Source: Terriglobia bacterium
GTDB taxonomy: Bacteria; Acidobacteriota; Terriglobia; Acidiferrales; UBA7541
Reading direction: 5' to 3'
DNA length: 64,000 nucleotides
Assembly: GCA_963695545.1 (NCBI GenBank)
Contig: OY968796.1
Coordinates: forward strand, 2,304,001-2,368,000
The notes below the pieces were generated by a model. It worked only from the letters and a program-made list of their open reading frames with translations. It had not been told where the DNA came from and ran no database searches. Positions within the stretch are counted from its first letter, which is position 1. Each line of letters opens with the position of its first letter. Both the position numbers and the translations under genes were made by a program. Positions 51,239 to 62,183 of the stretch are shown one piece after another.

Positions 51239-51694
51239 ATGCGACACCGAAACCAAGGCTCGAAACTCGGGCGTCAGCCGGCGCATCGCCGGGCCACGCT
51301 GCGCAACTTGGTGACCAACGTCATCGAGCGCGAGCGCATCACCACAACTCTGACCCGCGCCAAAGCCGCGCGTCCGCTTGTCGAGCAGATGATCACGCTC
51401 GGCAAGCGCGACACGCTGCACGCGCGCCGGCAGGCCGCGTCCTACTTGATGACTCCGGCGGCGACCAAGAAACTTTTCGCCGATATCGCGCCGCGTTTCT
51501 CGGATCGCGCCGGCGGCTACACGCGAATCGTGCGCGCCGGTTTTCGCGTTGGCGACGGCGCCAGCGTGGCCATTCTCGAGTTGCTCGGCTCAAAGCTGCG
51601 CAAGAAAGAGAAAAAGGAAAAGCGCGGGAAAGAAGCGCTTCCCGAACAAGCCGAACCACCCGAAGGCGTTGAAGAAGGCCTGAAGAAAGCTTGA
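51239..51694 (+). CDS. rplQ: 50S ribosomal protein L17
   Basis: MRHR...[20 protein letters not shown]. Confidence 0.97.
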   Translation: MRHRNQGSKLGRQPAHRRATLRNLVTNVIERERITTTLTRAKAARPLVEQMITLGKRDTLHARRQAASYLMTPAATKKLFADIAPRFSDRAGGYTRIVRAGFRVGDGASVAILELLGSKLRKKEKKEKRGKEALPEQAEPPEGVEEGLKKA

Positions 51695-51735
51695 AGAAAA
51701 TCTGACGCCGCTCGATACGTAAAATTCCATCGACG

Positions 51736-51766
51736 AGGCCGCTCCGATTCCGGGGCGGCCTTTTTT
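51736..51766 (+). terminator. Intrinsic terminator of the ribosomal superoperon
   Basis: AGGCCGCTCCG-ATTC-CGGGGCGGCCT followed by a T-tract. Confidence 0.88.
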
Positions 51767-51768
51767 CT

Positions 51769-52215
51769 TCACGCCACAATGTTTTCGCGGCGCGGGCGCA
51801 GCCAGAGCCATATCACAACCTGCGCGAGGATCGCGCCGCAAACGTCAATCATCACGTCGTGCACGGATGCCCCTCTGCCGGGAACGAAAATCTGATGGAA
51901 TTCATCAGAGGCTCCGTAGACGCCGGCGATCGCAACGGCCAAAAGCGCCCAGCGAAATTGCCATCGGCCGGGCGCGGTGCGAATGCCTAACCACAACAGA
52001 ACGCTGAAGACAAAATACTCGAAAACATGGGCGCTCTTGCGAATCGCCAAGTGCACCGCGAGTAGCGTGGCCATCGCAGCGTGCGGAAAAAGCCAGCGCA
52101 GGATCGGAATGACAATGCGGCTGGTATGCGCGCCGCCAAAACGCTCGGTCGACGCAAAAAATATCCACCCAGCCCAGAGCGCCGCGGCAATCCACGGCCC
52201 GATTCGCCGCCGCAT
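51769..52215 (-). CDS. VanZ-family membrane protein
   Basis: IRKSAHVFEY, DEFHQIFVPGR.ASVHDVMID. Confidence 0.9.
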   Translation of the reverse strand: MRRRIGPWIAAALWAGWIFFASTERFGGAHTSRIVIPILRWLFPHAAMATLLAVHLAIRKSAHVFEYFVFSVLLWLGIRTAPGRWQFRWALLAVAIAGVYGASDEFHQIFVPGRGASVHDVMIDVCGAILAQVVIWLWLRPRRENIVA

Positions 52216-52249
52216 GGTTACGCGTGATTCGCGAGGACCAAGTGATTCA

Positions 52250-53707
<1,458 letters not shown>

Positions 53708-53820
53708 TCCGGCTCCTTCACGTGAAAAACGACCCTAAAAAGCAATTCAGCCCAGCGGCGCACCGCTGGGCTGCGAATGTGTTCCCGTCGAAATCGCAGA
53801 ACTTGATATCCAAGAACGAC

Positions 53821-53849
53821 ATTTTAGGCGGCGCGGAAGGCGAGGTCAA
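53821..53849 (-). promoter_or_regulatory. sigma70 promoter for guaB
   Basis: TTGACC-17 bp-TAAAAT on the minus strand. Confidence 0.65.
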
Positions 53850-53930
53850 GTGAGCGGACGATTGACCGCGCATGTGCGGTAGGAGCGCCACGCGAGCCTG
53901 AGAGGGCGAGTATGATGGGCGCATCCGCAG

Positions 53931-54938
53931 ATGCGCCCATTTGAACCACATCCGCTGTTGCGCAACGGCCATGCCATGACGATCGTGGCGACTTTCCTGC
54001 GCCGCCGCTTCCCGGACCTGCCGGCGGCCGAAACGCGTTTGTTCGACGTCGCGCCGGGCGTTCGGTTGGTCGGCTGCGCGCACTGGCAAACGGCCCGACA
54101 CGAGCGCCCGGTGCTGGTTCTGGTGCACGGCCTTGAGGGATCGAGCGAATCCGGGAATCTGCTTGGTCTTGCGGAAAAGGCGTTTCGCGCCGGCTTCAGC
54201 GTAGTGCGACTGAACCAGCGCAATTGTGGCGCCGGCGAACAATATTCTTCCACGCTCTACAACTCCGGTCTGTCGGGAGATTATCGCGCGGTGCTTGCCG
54301 AACTGATCGAGGTGGACCGTGTGCCGGAGATTTTCTTTGCCGGCTGGTCGATGGGCGGCAATCTGGTGATGAAGATGGCCGGTGAATTCGGCTCCGCGGC
54401 ACCGCCAGAATTCCGCGCGCTGGCGGTGGTTTGTCCGGCCCTCGACCTTTCTGTGTGTGCCAACACACTTGCCGTGCCGCGAAATTTCATTTACGAGCGG
54501 CACTTCGTGCGAAATCTGAAGGCGCGTACGCTGCGCAAGGCGCGTAAGTTCCCCGGCAAGATTCGAGTGGAAGGCCTCGCGCGCGTGCACACAGTTCGGG
54601 ACTTTGACAACGCCATCATCGCCCCGCAGTTCGGTTTCCGAGACGCCGAGGATTATTATCAGCAGTCGAGCGCGCTCCGCGTGATCGATCGCGTGAGTAT
54701 TCCGTCGCTGATATTGACGGCGCAAGACGATCCGGTGGTTCCGATCGGAACATTCGACGTGCCCGCGATCCAGGAAAATCCGAACCTGACGTTTGAAGCG
54801 CCCGCGCACGGCGGACACAGCGGATTCGTCTCGCGCTGGAAAGGCTTCGAGCGCTTCTGGGCCGAGGCGCGGCTGATGGAATTTTTCGCGACACGCGCCA
54901 GGTCGGCCCCTGCCGGCCGGAATCTTCCAGACAAATAG
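53931..54938 (+). CDS. YheT-like alpha/beta hydrolase
   Basis: VHGLEGSS, GWSMGG nucleophile elbow, AQDDP, GGHSGF. Confidence 0.9.
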   Translation: MRPFEPHPLLRNGHAMTIVATFLRRRFPDLPAAETRLFDVAPGVRLVGCAHWQTARHERPVLVLVHGLEGSSESGNLLGLAEKAFRAGFSVVRLNQRNCGAGEQYSSTLYNSGLSGDYRAVLAELIEVDRVPEIFFAGWSMGGNLVMKMAGEFGSAAPPEFRALAVVCPALDLSVCANTLAVPRNFIYERHFVRNLKARTLRKARKFPGKIRVEGLARVHTVRDFDNAIIAPQFGFRDAEDYYQQSSALRVIDRVSIPSLILTAQDDPVVPIGTFDVPAIQENPNLTFEAPAHGGHSGFVSRWKGFERFWAEARLMEFFATRARSAPAGRNLPDK

Positions 54939-54985
54939 CGCCGACGTTGCGAACGGTGAATTCGTCCGCCCCGCAACGTCGGCGC
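54938..54985. repeat. 14-bp perfect inverted repeat (20-nt loop) after the hydrolase stop
   Basis: GCGCCGACGTTGCG ... CGCAACGTCGGCGC; no T-tract. Confidence 0.7.
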
Positions 54986-55474
54986 GCAGCGCAAGGGGGT
55001 ACACCCCCGGTATGTATTGGGTAACGACGTCGTAATAAAGAACTTCCAGAAGACGAGTGACGGAGCAGTGCGTAATTGATTGAAAACAAAAGGGTTCCAG
55101 TGATTTTGATATCCATTATTTCGCGGGGGCGCGCACTGCTTTGCAGCGGTGCGCATGAACCCGAAAATGAAAAAGTTGTGGGGGCGTGACAGCTTGGAGT
55201 TTTGGCGTTGCCATGGCCGCAGAGTCGACGCTCGTGCGCGGCGGATGAACGCGGACAGGGGCAGGCAAGAGACCGCCGCACGCAGAGGGCGGGGCCGAAA
55301 GTTATTCGAATTGGAAGGAGCGAACACGTAAGACGGCATCAGATCGGACCGGAGCTGTCGATCACTAAATGATTATTCAAAGAAAAGGAGTCGGCGGAGA
55401 CGGGCATTACGAATCGCCGTGGCTGAGATGAACGAGCCGGATTGGCCGGTGCATTCGCAAGAGGCCGCGGGCGC

Positions 55475-55507
55475 AAAAAAAAGGAGGCGGCCCGATGGGC
55501 CGCCTCC
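55475..55507 (-). terminator. Intrinsic terminator of the TonB-dependent receptor gene
   Basis: 11-bp stem GGAGGCGGCCC/GGGCCGCCTCC followed by T8 on the minus strand. Confidence 0.9.
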
Positions 55508-55532
55508 GGTTGCCGAGAGCTTCGGTTAGAAG

Positions 55533-58500
55533 TTAGAACTCAAGAGACGCCTTCAGCTGAAGGATCCGAGCTGAAGCGTTCGCGCCAAGGAACGAACCAA
55601 AGGTACTAGTAGGCGACGAGACCGTGTTCAAGATTTGTCCGAATTCCGAATCGTCCACGTTTGCGTCGGGAGTATCGAAGTTCGGATGGTTGAAGACGTT
55701 GTAAGCGTTGGCGGCGAGCCCGATGCGCGCACCTTCCCATCGCGGCAGGGGGATGTACTTAGTGAGAGAAAAGTCGGCATCGAAGAAGTTAGGCCCACGG
55801 AGGGAGTTGCGCCCGGCGTTGCCAAACCCGCTCGTGGAACCGGTGTAATCGGCGGTGTTGATGCACGGCGAGTCGACGTTATTGCCGGGTCCGGAGCAAG
55901 CCGCGGAGCCGTGACTTCCGAGGAGAGTGGCGAAGATCGTTCCGCCGTAGCCGTTGTAGCTCAGCGCGCCGCTCTCGGTAAGGTCAACGGGAGTAAAAGG
56001 CAGACCGGAATGAACGAAGAACGTACCGGAAACCTGCCAACCGCCAACCACAGACTTTGCACGGCCGCCTGTCAGCTTGGCAAACGGCAGCTCCCAAACA
56101 TAGTTGGCCTTCAGATAGTGCCGGACGTCGTAGTCGGAATCGCCATAATTCGCCTTGATATCGAATGGGTTTTGCGGGTAATACGGAGACTCATTCGTCG
56201 CATAGGAAAACGGCAAGAAACCACCGTTGGAGATGTCATCCATCGCATGGCTCCAAGTATAGGCGATCTGCACTTCGCCAGAGGAATACCTGTGTGTGAA
56301 CGTCGCGCTCAAGCCGTTGTAATTGGAGACGCCCTCGGTGAAAACGCCGGTGACTTCTAGGAACTCAGGATCCGGCGGGGCCTCCGGCAAGCCGGCGAAG
56401 CCGTCGGCGTACCCGTTCAACCCGTTGTCGCTGATGGGCTCGTGAATGCCATGGTTCCCATCGTACTCAACGGCGAGTGAAGTGTTCGGTCCGAAGCGGT
56501 GCTCAACTTCGAGGTTCCACTTCTGATATTGCGGGATCTTCGTGCGGGCTTGCGTATAGGTGAGGTTGGGTGGCGCGAAAGCAGGCACCGCATCGGCAAT
56601 TTCGTTGGCCGATTCGCCCGCAGAGAATCCGGTAAGGAAGCCGGCATTCGACGCCGCTTCATCGGCAAACAGATTTGTGGTCGCGGGGACGCAACTGGAG
56701 CCGCCAGAGCCCCCAGACCCACAAGTTCCGGCGGTGGATTGCGCGGGAGAGAGGTAGTCTCCGAAGACCTCAAATTCCTGGAGCAAGGGCGGATTCGAGG
56801 CGATCTCCTCGGTGATTTGACCGGGGAAAGGATCGTTGAAAATACCGATCCCGCCGCGGATGATCGTGTGGGATCTGTCGCCGAGTGGTTCCCACGCGAA
56901 TCCCACTCGAGGCTGCCATTCAAGACCTTGGAGCCCGGAAAGAGCATCTCGATAGTTGCCGGTCAACACGGAATTGTACGGTGTGTCGCCGCTGCTTAAG
57001 TCCGGATTTGTGACGAGCTCCTCAAAGTCCTCGTTCAGACGCGCAAAGCAGTCATCTTTACACGTAGGGTTCGACTCGTGATCGACGCGGAGCGACAATG
57101 TCAGTGTGAAGTCAGGCTTCAACTGGATGTCATCCTCGGCGTAGCCTCCCATGCCCCAGAACTTAAAGCGCTGTTCGGGACTCTGCGGAAAAGCCTGGAT
57201 CATGATCGAAAGATTATCAATCTCTCCTGCCGAGGTTTCCTCGACAGGGTCCGCCGCATCGACGCCCCCATTGTAAAACGCGTCCGTGTCCAAGGCTTCT
57301 TCCAAGCCGTGGGTGTAAACGCCAAAACCGGAATCGGACGAGTAGTTCGTGCGCCATTTCGCCCCGAATCTAAATGTTTGCCGTCCGATGCTCTTTGAAT
57401 AGTCATCGGATATCTGGGCCTGCGTGACGTTCCTGCCTTCGGGCCAAGCGTAAGCGTCGGCATCGATCTGCGAAAACAGGCCGTTAGCGTAATACATGGA
57501 GGTTGGGAACGCCGACAACGCCGCGCTGGGATTCGCGAAATTGAACGGCGCCTCATACCAACTGCTGGAAACGAGAAATTGGTTGACTGCCGAGGGACCG
57601 AAAGTATGCGTTTCGTTCAGTTGGCCTTGAAACTCCGGCTGATTGCTGACCGCGTTAAAGGCCGAGTCGATAGGATCTGTGTAGGTGGCCTGCAATCCGT
57701 GGTCTTCCTGCCATCGGGCGAACAACGTGTCCTTGCTGCCCAGGTTGTAATCGATGCGCAGGGCGTAGATCTTCTCGTGCGTCGGGCTGCTGACATTCGT
57801 GTAGAACGAACCGGAGCAAGCCACGGTGCTGCCCAGACCGGTCCCATCGGTGGCGGCCCAGTTCCCGCACGACTCAAAGTTGCTCTCGCCGGGAGGCGGG
57901 AAGGTTGCGCGGCTGGCGCCAGGGGCGTTGTTGTAAAGATTGAACATCGTGTTGTAGTACGGAACCGAATCAGACAAACCCTGCGATTCCAAGTTCGCAA
58001 TCGTATCGGTTTCAAATGCCTTCGTCGGAACGAGAACTTGCTCGCTGCTGGGGATGATCAGGAAGAGGCCCTCGGTGTCGAAATAGAAGAAGAGTTTGTT
58101 CTTTACGATGGGTCCGCCAATGTCGGCGCCATATTGGTTGGCATTGATGAATGATTTCGGGGTGCCCGAATTATCATCGAACCAGGTGTTGGCATCCAAT
58201 GCGCTCCCGTTCCAAAAGTAATTCGCCTTCCCGTGAAATTGGTTGCTCCCCGACCTGGTGACGTAGTTCACATTGGAGCCCGCCGCTCCGCCGAATGCAC
58301 CGCCGTAGCTGCTGGTGGTTACGGTGACTTCCTGCACTTCGTTGAGGCCGAGGGAAAGATTCGTCGCGCCGGAATTGTTCAGGTTCAGATAGGGATCGTT
58401 GTCGTCCATGCCATCGAGAGTGAACAGGTTGCTGGTGGCCGAGATACCGTTGGCCGAAAAGTTTCCGTAGCCACCCTCGGTGTTCATCACGGTCCCAGTA

Positions 58501-58991
58501 GCCATTTGCGCCGCATAGGTAATGTCGTTGCCCGGATTAGGCGTCTGCTGAACTTGTGACTGTGTCAGATCCGACGCGGAACTGGTGTCCCGAACGTCCA
58601 GGGTAATGGCTGTCTCGCTCACTTCGACGGTCTCGGATGCTGCTCCGACCTCCAACTGAAACCTGATGTTGGACGTGCTTCCTACCTGGACTTCGACCTT
58701 CCCGATCATGCTGTGGAAATTGGGCGTACTCACCCTGACGAGATAAGATCCGGGCTTGAGCAATGGAAACAGGAAGCTCCCGAGCGAGTTCGTGTGCGCG
58801 GGCTGCTGGGTCTCACCGGTTGCAACGTTTTCGATCGTAACCCGAGCGTTTGGCACCGCAGCCCCGGTTGTGTCCGTGACGGACCCGCTGACGCCGCCGC
58901 TCACGGTGTTCTGGGCGCGAATTACGGCCGGAATCGCTATTAGCAGGGCCAAGCATGCAAGAATCGCGTAGAAAGATCGAATTTTCGTCAT
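55533..58991 (-). CDS. Oar-type TonB-dependent receptor with carboxypeptidase-regulatory-like N-domain
   Basis: Signal peptide, GSVTDTTGAAVPNA, LDGMDDND, TRSGSNQFHG, YNVFNHPNF, C-terminal RILQLKASLEF. Confidence 0.92.
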   Translation of the reverse strand: MTKIRSFYAILACLALLIAIPAVIRAQNTVSGGVSGSVTDTTGAAVPNARVTIENVATGETQQPAHTNSLGSFLFPLLKPGSYLVRVSTPNFHSMIGKVEVQVGSTSNIRFQLEVGAASETVEVSETAITLDVRDTSSASDLTQSQVQQTPNPGNDITYAAQMATGTVMNTEGGYGNFSANGISATSNLFTLDGMDDNDPYLNLNNSGATNLSLGLNEVQEVTVTTSSYGGAFGGAAGSNVNYVTRSGSNQFHGKANYFWNGSALDANTWFDDNSGTPKSFINANQYGADIGGPIVKNKLFFYFDTEGLFLIIPSSEQVLVPTKAFETDTIANLESQGLSDSVPYYNTMFNLYNNAPGASRATFPPPGESNFESCGNWAATDGTGLGSTVACSGSFYTNVSSPTHEKIYALRIDYNLGSKDTLFARWQEDHGLQATYTDPIDSAFNAVSNQPEFQGQLNETHTFGPSAVNQFLVSSSWYEAPFNFANPSAALSAFPTSMYYANGLFSQIDADAYAWPEGRNVTQAQISDDYSKSIGRQTFRFGAKWRTNYSSDSGFGVYTHGLEEALDTDAFYNGGVDAADPVEETSAGEIDNLSIMIQAFPQSPEQRFKFWGMGGYAEDDIQLKPDFTLTLSLRVDHESNPTCKDDCFARLNEDFEELVTNPDLSSGDTPYNSVLTGNYRDALSGLQGLEWQPRVGFAWEPLGDRSHTIIRGGIGIFNDPFPGQITEEIASNPPLLQEFEVFGDYLSPAQSTAGTCGSGGSGGSSCVPATTNLFADEAASNAGFLTGFSAGESANEIADAVPAFAPPNLTYTQARTKIPQYQKWNLEVEHRFGPNTSLAVEYDGNHGIHEPISDNGLNGYADGFAGLPEAPPDPEFLEVTGVFTEGVSNYNGLSATFTHRYSSGEVQIAYTWSHAMDDISNGGFLPFSYATNESPYYPQNPFDIKANYGDSDYDVRHYLKANYVWELPFAKLTGGRAKSVVGGWQVSGTFFVHSGLPFTPVDLTESGALSYNGYGGTIFATLLGSHGSAACSGPGNNVDSPCINTADYTGSTSGFGNAGRNSLRGPNFFDADFSLTKYIPLPRWEGARIGLAANAYNVFNHPNFDTPDANVDDSEFGQILNTVSSPTSTFGSFLGANASARILQLKASLEF

Positions 58992-59187
58992 TAGCGTTCC
59001 CTCCCCGCACGGGTGATGGAAATGGTTTGTCAAATCAATAGGCCCGCCACAAGACATTTGCTAAACGTCCTCGCGTATGTGTCTAAAATTTGGGTGGTTC
59101 TACCACGATCGCACCGGATGCAACCCGGCATCCGCAATACCCGTCTCCGGTCCCCACTCAGGGCCGGGCCAATATGGTCCGACATTA

Positions 59188-59203
59188 TGCACAATACGTG
59201 CCA
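59188..59203 (-). promoter_or_regulatory. Putative sigma54 promoter of the receptor gene
   Basis: TGGCACGTATTGTGCA (perfect -24 TGGCACG, -12 TGCA); AT-rich tract upstream. Confidence 0.72.
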
Positions 59204-59440
59204 AATCGGCACCACTTTTGGCGAAATAAGTCCTGTGTTTTTATATCGTTTTGAGACGGCTTGTGCAATACGAAATTAGGTCAGAGTTTCCATACCTAAA
59301 ACAATATGAGAGCTACAGTTTTACGGATGATTTCACCGAGACGGACGGAAAACGGGGTCGCCGCCGGGCAGTATCGGGTAAGCGAGTAACTTGCGGAGGA
59401 CGCGGGCACCCGCGAGCGGGTGCGGTCCTGACCGATCGAT

Positions 59441-60151
59441 TTACTCAATTCGATCGGCGTGGAGCAGGTCTCCGCGAACGCTCACTTCGATGGATATGGG
59501 CGGCCGCAAGCCACCACCCTGGACAATGGCCCCGCGAATCCAGGCTCCGTCGGAGCGCTGACCCATCCTCAATGGATCGAAGACCGTTTGGGTGCATGGG
59601 TCAACAACCATGGGATGGCTCGCGGAGAAGCCGTACTGACTGGCCAGGACACTGAGATCGGTTACATAGAGGAGCTGGCACGTGCCGAAGGGCTCGGCGA
59701 GCGAGAAGGCCCAATAGGAGCTGCTTTTGTCAGGCGAGGATCCCGGCAGCCGCACGACCATGGAGGGCACGCCCTCGTGCGTCAGGGGGTGAACGAACAT
59801 GAATGGCTTTGAGGACCAGGGCTTGGCTAGTTCTTCGAGGGAGCCAATTTGGCCGGGATCGCCTGACGGCGCCGGCTTTTGAGGGACAGGCGGGGCTGGA
59901 GAAGACACATCTTCGAGATTCGCGGCTGCAGCAGGCGCGACAACGGCCCCGGCTCGCGCGTGGAGGTGATGGCGAATTCCGAGGGCCAGCCCCGCGACGA
60001 GCAGCACTCCTGCGACTGCAGCCAGAGCGGCTGCGGCCCCCTTTGAGATGTTTAGGCGAGACCAAGAACCGCCGCCGCGGCCCGAGCTGACTCCCGGAAT
60101 GCTCGGCATCTGGGCTTGGAAGCGATCGGCGCTGGGGGGCGATTGAGCCAT
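59441..60151 (-). CDS. Membrane-anchored hypothetical protein with degenerate Rieske-like domain
   Basis: TM helix, Pro-rich linker, WAFS...C...DPC...FDP...RPP pattern; start 60151 or 60160. Confidence 0.65.
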   Translation of the reverse strand: MAQSPPSADRFQAQMPSIPGVSSGRGGGSWSRLNISKGAAAALAAVAGVLLVAGLALGIRHHLHARAGAVVAPAAAANLEDVSSPAPPVPQKPAPSGDPGQIGSLEELAKPWSSKPFMFVHPLTHEGVPSMVVRLPGSSPDKSSSYWAFSLAEPFGTCQLLYVTDLSVLASQYGFSASHPMVVDPCTQTVFDPLRMGQRSDGAWIRGAIVQGGGLRPPISIEVSVRGDLLHADRIE

Positions 60152-60156
60152 CGAAG

Positions 60157-60552
60157 TCAATACTTCCTCATGTGGATTTCCGTGCCGCCACGTTCGTAGG
60201 TTACCTCATCCATCAGCCGATGAATGAGGAAGACTCCGCGGCCGTGCTCAGAATGTACATTGTCTTTAAGAGTCGGGTCCGGGAGACGCGTGGGATCAAA
60301 ACCCGCGCCCGGGTCGCGCACCACGATCAAGATCCCGCCGGCATCGTTGAAGTCCACGCCACATTCGACGGATTTGGTTGGATCTCCATGGCAGCCGTGC
60401 AGGATCGCGTTGGCCAGCGCCTCGCGCACGGCCATCTCGATCTCGAATTCTTTGCCAGAGGCTCGGCCGGAGCGGCGCACGAGTTGGAGGACGGAGTCGA
60501 CCGCGCGGGATATCGCGGAGATTTCAGCGGGGAGTGAGGTTTCAAATTGCAT
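60157..60552 (-). CDS. RsbW-like anti-sigma factor / Ser-Thr kinase (HATPase_c_2)
   Basis: EALANAILHG, DPGAGFDP, HGRGVFLIHRLMDEV. Confidence 0.88.
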   Translation of the reverse strand: MQFETSLPAEISAISRAVDSVLQLVRRSGRASGKEFEIEMAVREALANAILHGCHGDPTKSVECGVDFNDAGGILIVVRDPGAGFDPTRLPDPTLKDNVHSEHGRGVFLIHRLMDEVTYERGGTEIHMRKY

Positions 60553-60572
60553 GCGAGTGTCCGAGACTAGAG

Positions 60573-60926
60573 TTATTCGGCAAATCCGCCGGGCCGGGCG
60601 GAGCGCCGGGCTTCAATCGTATGGTGCGCGACGTACTCGTGCAGGTTTGCCAGGCACAACAATAATTCCAGAAGACGGGTGCGCTCGATTGGATCGGGCG
60701 CCCCGCCGCCTTTCGCCAGAGTCTCGGCGGCGACATCGCCCTGCAAAAGCAGCCAATCGAAGGACCCGGGAACGACCGGTCCGCCGGTTTGGCAGATTTC
60801 GAGGGCCGCCTCGACTCGGACGAAGGCCATCTCGAGGTAATGCCCCAGGCATAGGCCCTGCGTCGCGAGGGATGGCAGAACGTCACGACGGCAGCCGGCA
60901 ACTTGACAGGATACGCACATGGCCAC
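60573..60926 (-). CDS. Hypothetical protein with N-terminal Cys/His cluster
   Basis: C-x4-C-x13-C-x2-H followed by an amphipathic helical region; co-oriented with the rsbW-like gene. Confidence 0.6.
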   Translation of the reverse strand: MAMCVSCQVAGCRRDVLPSLATQGLCLGHYLEMAFVRVEAALEICQTGGPVVPGSFDWLLLQGDVAAETLAKGGGAPDPIERTRLLELLLCLANLHEYVAHHTIEARRSARPGGFAE

Positions 60927-61297
60927 GACACACCCCCGCCAGTGGCAGGTGAGATTGCACGAAAGTCGCCACTAGGCGAAGACGCCGAGGCGACTGCAAA
61001 TGCAACAGTTAGGACGGCATGTCGGGCGAGTGCCAGTGGATTGCTTTCGCAATGCGGATAGAAATTAGCCGAGCTGGGAATTCCGCGAGGCAGACCGGAG
61101 TTCGACTCATGATTGCTGTGCCGTTTCGGTTCCGCCGAGGCGCGGAGTACCGACCACGAAATATTGAGCTACGAAGGGAGCGGGCTGCGCGGGTATAGGG
61201 CGGCGGGAATTCGGATTCTTCTGTTACGAAGTATCGATCGGGGGCTCGCGATCGCGCTAGGAGCCGACTGCGGGAATTTGGGCCGGATGGCTCGCTT

Positions 61298-61909
61298 TTA
61301 GAAGCTGAACGCGATGCCGGTATTAATGTTGAAGTTCGGTTGATTGCTGCCGAACTCGCGCGTTCCCAAAAAATCTCCTCCGAAGGTCCAGAAGGCGCGT
61401 GGTCCGATGCGGACATCCGCGCCAGCGCCTGCGATGTAGGCAAATCCATTATCGCTTCCGAGAAATGGGGAAACTTGGCTAAAGCGGAGGTATTGGCCGC
61501 CTAGCAAAACGTGTATATACGGTTGAAAGCGGGTGCGCTCGGGTCCGATGCGGACGCCGCCGCCGTAGAAAATGGAACTCGATTCCAATTTGACGTCCGG
61601 CTTGTAGGTCGCCCAACCAAAGCCGGCAGTGACGTCGCCTTCGAGAGCGAAATCGTGACCAAGGTAACCTGTGAGATCGGTATTGACCCCGTTGTTATGA
61701 AACGAGAGACCGTCTTGCCTGTAGAATCCCGTGAATTGATAACTGAAGTCAATTCGCAGCGGAAATTCCTGGCTTGACCCATAGGGCGGAGGAGTCGGCG
61801 CGGCGCCGGCCGGCGTGCTCGGTGCGAGCGTCAGGTTCAAACCCTGCGCGGCAGCGCCAAGCGAAAATACCAGCACGGACGCGAACACCATCAGAATAAT
61901 TCTGCGCAT
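61298..61909 (-). CDS. Outer-membrane beta-barrel protein
   Basis: GGAGG RBS, signal peptide, alternating beta strands (QPYIHVLLGG, AGAGADV), terminal GIAFSF. Confidence 0.82.
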   Translation of the reverse strand: MRRIILMVFASVLVFSLGAAAQGLNLTLAPSTPAGAAPTPPPYGSSQEFPLRIDFSYQFTGFYRQDGLSFHNNGVNTDLTGYLGHDFALEGDVTAGFGWATYKPDVKLESSSIFYGGGVRIGPERTRFQPYIHVLLGGQYLRFSQVSPFLGSDNGFAYIAGAGADVRIGPRAFWTFGGDFLGTREFGSNQPNFNINTGIAFSF

Positions 61910-62183
61910 CGGACGATCCTCCTGTACCCAGCTATCCCGCATCCCTTTGATGCAACAATCTTACGATCCGGCGCTGATGTGTGCATCCACATTGGAACAT
62001 ATCGTTGCCGCCAAGTAAACAGGAGCTAGAACGGCCCGCCGGATGCACGGGCGAGTCCGATTCGGGAAAAGCAGAACTGACGGCTGACATTGAAAGGCCC
62101 GTCCGCGAAAGTCGGCCGTGAAGCGACTATTCGCGGTGACGAGTGCGCGGGAATCCGGCGCAGCGGACGGGATAAATTCGGCT

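Noticed and set aside
60943..60958. TGGCAGGTGAGATTGC as a sigma54 site
   Set aside because: GG-GC spacing is 11 rather than 10, and it faces away from the genes
61035..61060. ATTGC-GAAA-GCAAT hairpin on the minus strand as a riboswitch
   Set aside because: Isolated 5-bp stem with no other aptamer motif
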